Below, one piece after another: positions 51,595-56,043 of a stretch of 56,043 bases of DNA. The first letter of the stretch is position 1. The number at the start of each line of letters is the position of its first letter. The stretch covers positions 1-56,043 of the forward strand of contig CAJBYM010000022.1 of assembly GCA_903959815.1 (NCBI GenBank), in the 5' to 3' direction. Position numbers and translations under genes: made by a program. Origin of the DNA: Candidatus Omnitrophota bacterium. GTDB lineage: Bacteria; Omnitrophota; Gorgyraeia; Zapsychrales; Fredricksoniimonadaceae. The notes beneath the pieces were generated by a model. It did no database searches. It worked only from the letters and a program-made list of their open reading frames with translations, and was not told the DNA's origin.

Positions 51595-52869
51595 TCAAAA
51601 CTTCATGTTGATATCCGCTTGAAAAACGCTCTCATCAGCTTTGGTCCCTTTAAGCACATCCGACATATACCAATCCAAGCCCAGCGAAATATTTTTCGCC
51701 AGCCCGATATCCAGGATCAGCTCATGACCCTTGATATTGGTATTGCCGCTGTAACGATCAGAATCCGGAAAAGCATCCAGCCATGCATCTTTTCCCAAAC
51801 TGACATACTGATACTTTAACTGCCAATCCTTGGCCACAGCAACTTTCGGATAGCCGAACTTCAACCCTGCTGCCCATCCGCTATTCTGACTGCTGGGATC
51901 CGGATTAACAACATAATCCCCGAACACAGCCGCCATCTTGATCGGCGATGATGTTTCAGCAGGGAAATTATACGCGATCTCAGCAGACCCTGAAAGCATC
52001 TGAGAAAAGTCATAAACATACTTGCCACCCACAACAGTGTTCGATGTATTACCGGTCAAAGCCGTATTATCATCTTTTCTGTATTGCAAAACCCCAAAGG
52101 ACTTACCCATATTAGTCCCATAATAAGTCCCTGCGAACTTAACGGTCACCGGATCAGGATTAAAAACCATCCCTGCCTGAGCATAATACATGCCAGCATC
52201 TCCAGGCGTAGACTTCTCTTCCTCAAGCACCCAATATCCAGCATTCAAGAACGCATCTCCCGCCAAGACATTCGGAATGTCAAGGTGTGCTGACGCACCT
52301 TCCTGATTGATATCAGAATCCCACATCATATCCGTTGTATACCACAGGTAATTCTTACTGATAGCATTATATTTACCGCCAATGACGCTGAACGAAGATA
52401 AAGGCTTATATTCACCCCATGCATAATCCATATTGATGGTGCCCTTGGCAAATGATGCATCAAAAGTTTGGTTCGTCGAGCGCGGATCAGCACCACCGCT
52501 CGCAAGGCCCATCCCCACCGTAACTTGATCGTTCGGCTTTGTTTCGATCCCCAAACGATAACGCACGCGGCCACGATTCCTCATGATACTGGCTTCTTTA
52601 TTCTGCGTTTGATAACGAAGACGCAAATCACCTTTGATCTTCGTCGTTTGGATCCACGCGGGAAGCATATCATTCGTACCCTTCGCATTCTGCTTCGCGA
52701 CTTCCTGGCGTGTGTCATCCAGCAATATTTGTGCTTCGTTCGCCGAAAGAATATTCTTCTCAACGAGCTTCTGCACAAGAAGATCAACCTCTCCCGCATA
52801 GACAGCTGACGCGCCACACATCAACACAACTCCCCACACCAACATCGTGGCCCATAATCCTTTTCTCAT
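51595..52869 (-). CDS. Putative outer-membrane porin (first gene of the Pho-box-controlled operon)
   Basis: ATG at 52869 with a GGGGGAAG SD. Signal peptide MRKGLWATMLVWGVVLMCGASAVYA. N-terminal helix LLVQKLVEKNILSANEAQ, then alternating beta-strand-like sequence ending ...FQADINMKF. The track's longer ORF overlaps phoR. Confidence 0.6.
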   Translation of the reverse strand: MRKGLWATMLVWGVVLMCGASAVYAGEVDLLVQKLVEKNILSANEAQILLDDTRQEVAKQNAKGTNDMLPAWIQTTKIKGDLRLRYQTQNKEASIMRNRGRVRYRLGIETKPNDQVTVGMGLASGGADPRSTNQTFDASFAKGTINMDYAWGEYKPLSSFSVIGGKYNAISKNYLWYTTDMMWDSDINQEGASAHLDIPNVLAGDAFLNAGYWVLEEEKSTPGDAGMYYAQAGMVFNPDPVTVKFAGTYYGTNMGKSFGVLQYRKDDNTALTGNTSNTVVGGKYVYDFSQMLSGSAEIAYNFPAETSSPIKMAAVFGDYVVNPDPSSQNSGWAAGLKFGYPKVAVAKDWQLKYQYVSLGKDAWLDAFPDSDRYSGNTNIKGHELILDIGLAKNISLGLDWYMSDVLKGTKADESVFQADINMKF

Positions 52870-52928
52870 AATACTTCCCCCTTTTTTCTTTTGGGCTTTT
52901 AGACAGACCCTTTCGGCCTTTGGTGGAA

Positions 52929-52962
52929 AGTATACAAAGAATGTATGACAGAATGATGGCAG
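52929..52962 (-). promoter_or_regulatory. Pho box plus -10 element (PhoB-dependent promoter of porin-pstSCAB-arsC-phoU)
   Basis: The minus strand reads CTGCCAT-CATT-CTGTCAT (52962-52945), two 7-nt direct repeats at 11-bp spacing that match the E. coli consensus CTGTCAT-A(A/T)A(T/A)-CTGTCA(C/T). Exactly 10 nt further on is TATACT (52934-52929). The site is about 60 nt upstream of the porin ATG, just after the phoR stop. Confidence 0.6.
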
Positions 52963-52999
52963 TGATGTTACATCCGTGTGAACTTTTTTTAACTCGGGA

Positions 53000-54766
53000 T
53001 CAAACGCGAGGGATGGTAAAGCTGAAAGTGGTGCCGCGGCCCAGCTGGGAACTGGCCCATACCTCGCCGCCATGGGCAAGGACGATATGTTTAACAATGG
53101 AAAGTCCAAGGCCTGTGCCGCCAAGATCCCTGGAACGCGCTTTATCCACACGATAAAACCTTTCAAAGATCCGCGGCAAGTCCTCTTCAGGGATACCGAT
53201 GCCCGTATCTATGACATCAAAACGCACGTTCTTTTCCTGCGAAACGGCTTTAACACTGATCGATCCGCCTTCAGATGTATACTTAACCGCATTATCCAGA
53301 AGATTCAATACCACCTGAGAAAATCGTGACTCATCCGCCAAAACTTTAGGTAAATTTCCCGGCAGATCCATGGTCACAGACAATTTCTTATCCTGGATCG
53401 TCTTCTCTAATATATTCAAACAACGCTGAACTACGGAAACAGCCTCCATCGCAACAGGTACGATTTTCATGCGTCCTGATTCGATCCTCGCCAGATCTAA
53501 AAGATCATTGATCAAATTAACCAACCGGTCACTGTTCTCATGAATAGTACCCAGGAATTCCTTTAAAGCCTGTTTATCCTCCATCGCCCCGCTCAAAAGC
53601 GTTTCCGCATACCCCTTGATACTCGCGACCGGTGTACGCAGTTCATGGGACACATTCGCCACAAAATCCTGCCTGACCTTTTCCAAACGGCGTAATTCCG
53701 TAATATCATGGAACACCAGGACCGCACCCTCTATCTTATTGAGGGTAGAAATAGCAACACCATTAACCTGGATCACCCGTTCATCAGGGAACGTAATCAC
53801 AAGCTCATGGCTGATGATACGTTCTTTGCCAGTAAGGAGATCGCTAAGCATATCAGAAAGAACACTGTTACGGACAACCTCGACAGCACGGCGGCCATGA
53901 ACAGGAGTGTCAATAAGAAAGGCCTTTCTCAAAGATGGGTTCATGAGCTGCACAACACCCTTTTCATCCACCACCATGATGCCTTCAAACATATGCATGA
54001 TCACCGCATCAAGCTTAGCTTTTTCCTGTTGAATGTCATCAATCTTTTCCTTGATCTGATCCGACATATGCGTGATCGCACGGGCTAGATCACCCACCTC
54101 ATCCCTGGAACGAACAGACGGCTTTCGGGAGAAATCTCCTGCTGCCATGGCCCGAGCTATGCCCGCCATTTCTTCCAGGGGATGCGAAATAATGATGGCC
54201 ATAAAATAGGTAAAACCGAGGCTCAAAAGAAATGCCAAAAATAACGATAAAACTACGATCCTCTGTGACCCCGATTCAAAAATCGCCACGGCGGAAAGAG
54301 GCATGGCCAAACGCACAATGCCTTCAACGCTCTTTTGTCCAAAAGGAACCGCAAGATACAGGAGCTCCTTTTTTAACGTATAACTATAACGCTTACTCAA
54401 GCCAAAGCCTGTTTTCAATGCTTCTTTGATCTCAACGCGCCCCCCGTGATTTTCGATAACTTTCAGCTCTGCTTCATCAAGATCAGAATCAGCACGCACG
54501 ACACCATTCAAAGCCACAATAGTGACACGGATCCCGATCTCTTTAGATATCTTACGTGCTAAAAGCTGAACATCAGCCGTATCCCCATGTTCTTCAATGA
54601 GGTCGCGCACCAAATAGATTTCACGCTTAAGATTACTCTGAAGATTTTGATCCAGGAAAGTTTTTAAATGCGCGGTAAGATAAAAATAGCCCAATAAAAG
54701 ACCAAAAATGATCGCAGAACAAAAAATAACAGTAAGCTTCCAATGCAATTTAAGCTTCATCATCAT
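53000..54766 (-). CDS. phoR: Phosphate-regulon sensor histidine kinase
   Basis: Two TM helices, HAMP, PAS, H-box VSHELRTPVASIKGY, N box NLLDNAVKYT, G boxes DTGIGI and [12 protein letters not shown]. It lies directly downstream of phoB. Confidence 0.85.
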   Translation of the reverse strand: MMMKLKLHWKLTVIFCSAIIFGLLLGYFYLTAHLKTFLDQNLQSNLKREIYLVRDLIEEHGDTADVQLLARKISKEIGIRVTIVALNGVVRADSDLDEAELKVIENHGGRVEIKEALKTGFGLSKRYSYTLKKELLYLAVPFGQKSVEGIVRLAMPLSAVAIFESGSQRIVVLSLFLAFLLSLGFTYFMAIIISHPLEEMAGIARAMAAGDFSRKPSVRSRDEVGDLARAITHMSDQIKEKIDDIQQEKAKLDAVIMHMFEGIMVVDEKGVVQLMNPSLRKAFLIDTPVHGRRAVEVVRNSVLSDMLSDLLTGKERIISHELVITFPDERVIQVNGVAISTLNKIEGAVLVFHDITELRRLEKVRQDFVANVSHELRTPVASIKGYAETLLSGAMEDKQALKEFLGTIHENSDRLVNLINDLLDLARIESGRMKIVPVAMEAVSVVQRCLNILEKTIQDKKLSVTMDLPGNLPKVLADESRFSQVVLNLLDNAVKYTSEGGSISVKAVSQEKNVRFDVIDTGIGIPEEDLPRIFERFYRVDKARSRDLGGTGLGLSIVKHIVLAHGGEVWASSQLGRGTTFSFTIPRV

Positions 54767-55446
54767 CCTGTCTAAACCGATAGCCGGCCCCGATCACGGT
54801 CTCTATCATGTCACCGGAGGTCCCCAACTTGGAACGCAAGCGACGCACATGCGTATCGACTGTCCGCGTAAAGACATCCGCATCAATCCCCCACACATCA
54901 GCAAGCAATTTCTCCCTATCCTGAACACGCCCCCTGCGCTCCATCAAGGAAGACAACAATTTAAATTCCATGGCGGTGAGTGTGATCTCTTTCCCTTTTA
55001 ACAGTCACACGGTGCCGGCCCCTGTCAATGGCCAGCTCCCCTGCTTTTAAGACCTCTCCCGTATCTTCATCCGCTTTATGTCGACGCAAAACCGCTTTAA
55101 CACGCAGTGTGAGCTCGCGAGGGCTGAAAGGCTTGACCACGTAATCTTCCGCGCCAAGTTCCAACCCCACGATACGATCCACCTCTTCACCCTTAGCCGT
55201 CAACATAATAACAGGAATATTCTTATGATCTTCATCCTGTTTGATAAGACGGCAAATATCGAAACCGTTCGCACCCGGCAACATAACATCGAGCAAAACA
55301 AGATCCGCGGGATAACGTGCAAGCGCTTTTAAGCCGTCTTCTCCCGACACCGCGACCTCACACGCATAACCCGCTTTATCCAAATTATATTGGATCAGCC
55401 TGGCAATATCTTTATCATCTTCAACGATCAAGATCTTCTTTTTCAT
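54750..55446 (-). pseudogene. phoB: OmpR/PhoB-family response regulator interrupted by a single-base frameshift
   Basis: Receiver ORF 54961-55446 (MKKKILIVEDDKDI...LVLLDVMLPG...MLTAKG) ends ...HRVTVKRERDHTHRHGI*. The winged-helix domain continues in another frame (54750-54971: MEFKLLSSLMERRGRVQDREKLLADVWG...GAGYRF). Deleting one base of the T4 run at 54996-54999 restores ...HRVTVKGKEITLTAMEFKLL... Confidence 0.75.
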
Positions 55447-55829
55447 ACTCTTTTAGCCAATGGCAAGAATATCCGAAAAGTCGTTCCCTTCCCGACTTCA
55501 CTCTCAACTTCAATACGCCCCTTATGCTTTCTAATAATATCATAACTAATGCTCAAACCCAAGCCCGTGCCCTTACCCGGCTCTTTTGTCGTGAAGAATG
55601 GATCAAAAATTTTCGGAAGCTGTTCTTTAGAAATTCCAGCTCCTGTATCCGCAATCTCAATAACAGCCTGCTTCTCATGAACATAGGTCTTTACACGGAT
55701 CACGCCCCGATGGACAATCGCCTGCGCTGCGTTAAGAAGAAGATTGATGAACACTTGTTTGAGCTGTTCTTCATTCGCATCAACCGCCGGCACATCCCCA
55801 TATTCTTTAATAAGCTCGGCCTTACACAT
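55443..55829 (-). pseudogene. Histidine-kinase C-terminal fragment (HATPase_c only; H-box/DHp and sensor missing)
   Basis: [19 protein letters not shown] (N box), [34 protein letters not shown]. Upstream in frame there is a stop about 20 nt beyond 55829, and the flanking sequence belongs to another gene. Confidence 0.7.
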
Positions 55830-55834
55830 GATCT

Positions 55835-56043
55835 CTCTGGAATACCGGCTTCAACCTTACCGACCAAGTCGGCTCCCACGTCTGCACCTTTGGTGAAGAT
55901 GCCACCGCCCAAACGGGCGAAGATGGAAATAAGTGAAGAGCCAAAGGCAAAGCCAATGAGGGGATTCAAGATGACGGACAGCTTGACATCGGGGGTGAGG
56001 TTGCCATTGCCAGCCAAGAACCAGTAAAAGCCCGTGACACCCA
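55835..56043 (-). pseudogene. hppA: Fragment of a membrane-bound H+/Na+-translocating pyrophosphatase gene. The N-terminal side continues off the right edge, and homology stops abruptly at about 55835.
   Basis: Translation ...[69 protein letters not shown] matches the highly conserved GGG(I)(Y/F)TK(A/G)[24 protein letters not shown] block. After GIPE it reads RSCVRPS... with no similarity. Confidence 0.75.

Noticed and set aside
46966-53166. N-terminally extended versions of phoU (to 47799), arsC (to 48133), pstS (to 51598) and the porin (to 53166) given by the track. The same applies to ptsN (to 32877), pfkA (to 25646) and the M16 peptidase (to 11265).
   Set aside because: The track starts at the first ATG/GTG/TTG after a stop. 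These extensions overlap the upstream gene or a tRNA, whereas internal ATGs have good SD sequences and give canonical N-termini or signal peptides.
54961-55010. Programmed ribosomal frameshift or phase-variable switch in phoB
   Set aside because: There is no slippery heptamer or stimulatory structure, and the run is only 4 nt. A sequencing indel or a simple pseudogene is more parsimonious.
55317-56027. 236-aa plus-strand ORF spanning the kinase/PPase junction
   Set aside because: It is antisense to two recognisable domain-coding segments, with a low-complexity translation and no RBS. It is not evidence that the junction encodes a real fusion protein.
1-56043. CRISPR arrays, IS elements/transposases, integrases, prophage genes, toxin-antitoxin pairs and known defence-system genes
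   Set aside because: No regularly spaced direct repeats and no ORF with transposase, integrase, reverse transcriptase, Cas or typical defence-ATPase motifs was seen anywhere in the window.

Overview
This is a 56-kb bacterial chromosomal segment with roughly balanced G+C, Shine-Dalgarno-type RBSs and many ATGA-coupled genes. All but one of about 50 genes lie on the minus strand.

Most content is housekeeping:
- rpsB-tsf-pyrH-frr and five tRNAs
- metK-ahcY, pfkA, fba, ilvC-leuA-aroE, aroK-dprA and tadA
- a permease-less regulatory PTS (ptsN-yvcK-ptsH-ptsI)
- a full Pho block (phoB*-phoR, then porin-pstSCAB-arsC-phoU) with a recognisable Pho box

Accessory content:
1. A two-partner secretion locus: tpsB plus about 1,280 visible codons of a tpsA that runs off the left edge and is missing from the supplied ORF track.
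2. Two paralogous signal-peptide proteins (932 aa and 3,175 aa). They share a ~310-aa N-terminal module and a ~60-aa C-terminal module but carry different central cargo. The small one has a RelA/SpoT-type nucleotide pyrophosphokinase-like domain. The giant one has tandem membrane-fusion-protein-like units, a TolC-like coiled-coil region, several TM helices and unknown domains. This modular family is my best candidate for an undescribed system.
3. An orphan T2SS/T4P-family ATPase next to a secreted double-M16 peptidase.
4. A prepilin peptidase with a large insertion.

The right end looks damaged or chimeric: phoB is frameshifted, and a histidine-kinase C-terminal fragment abuts a truncated membrane pyrophosphatase gene.

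I saw no CRISPR array, IS element, integrase, rRNA or prophage signal. The supplied track uses the first ATG/GTG/TTG, so several starts were trimmed to internal ATG+SD sites. All functional calls come from motif recognition by eye; no database search or computation was possible. The lineage cannot be established from the sequence; the giant ORF and gene content merely remind me of uncultivated phyla such as Omnitrophota.
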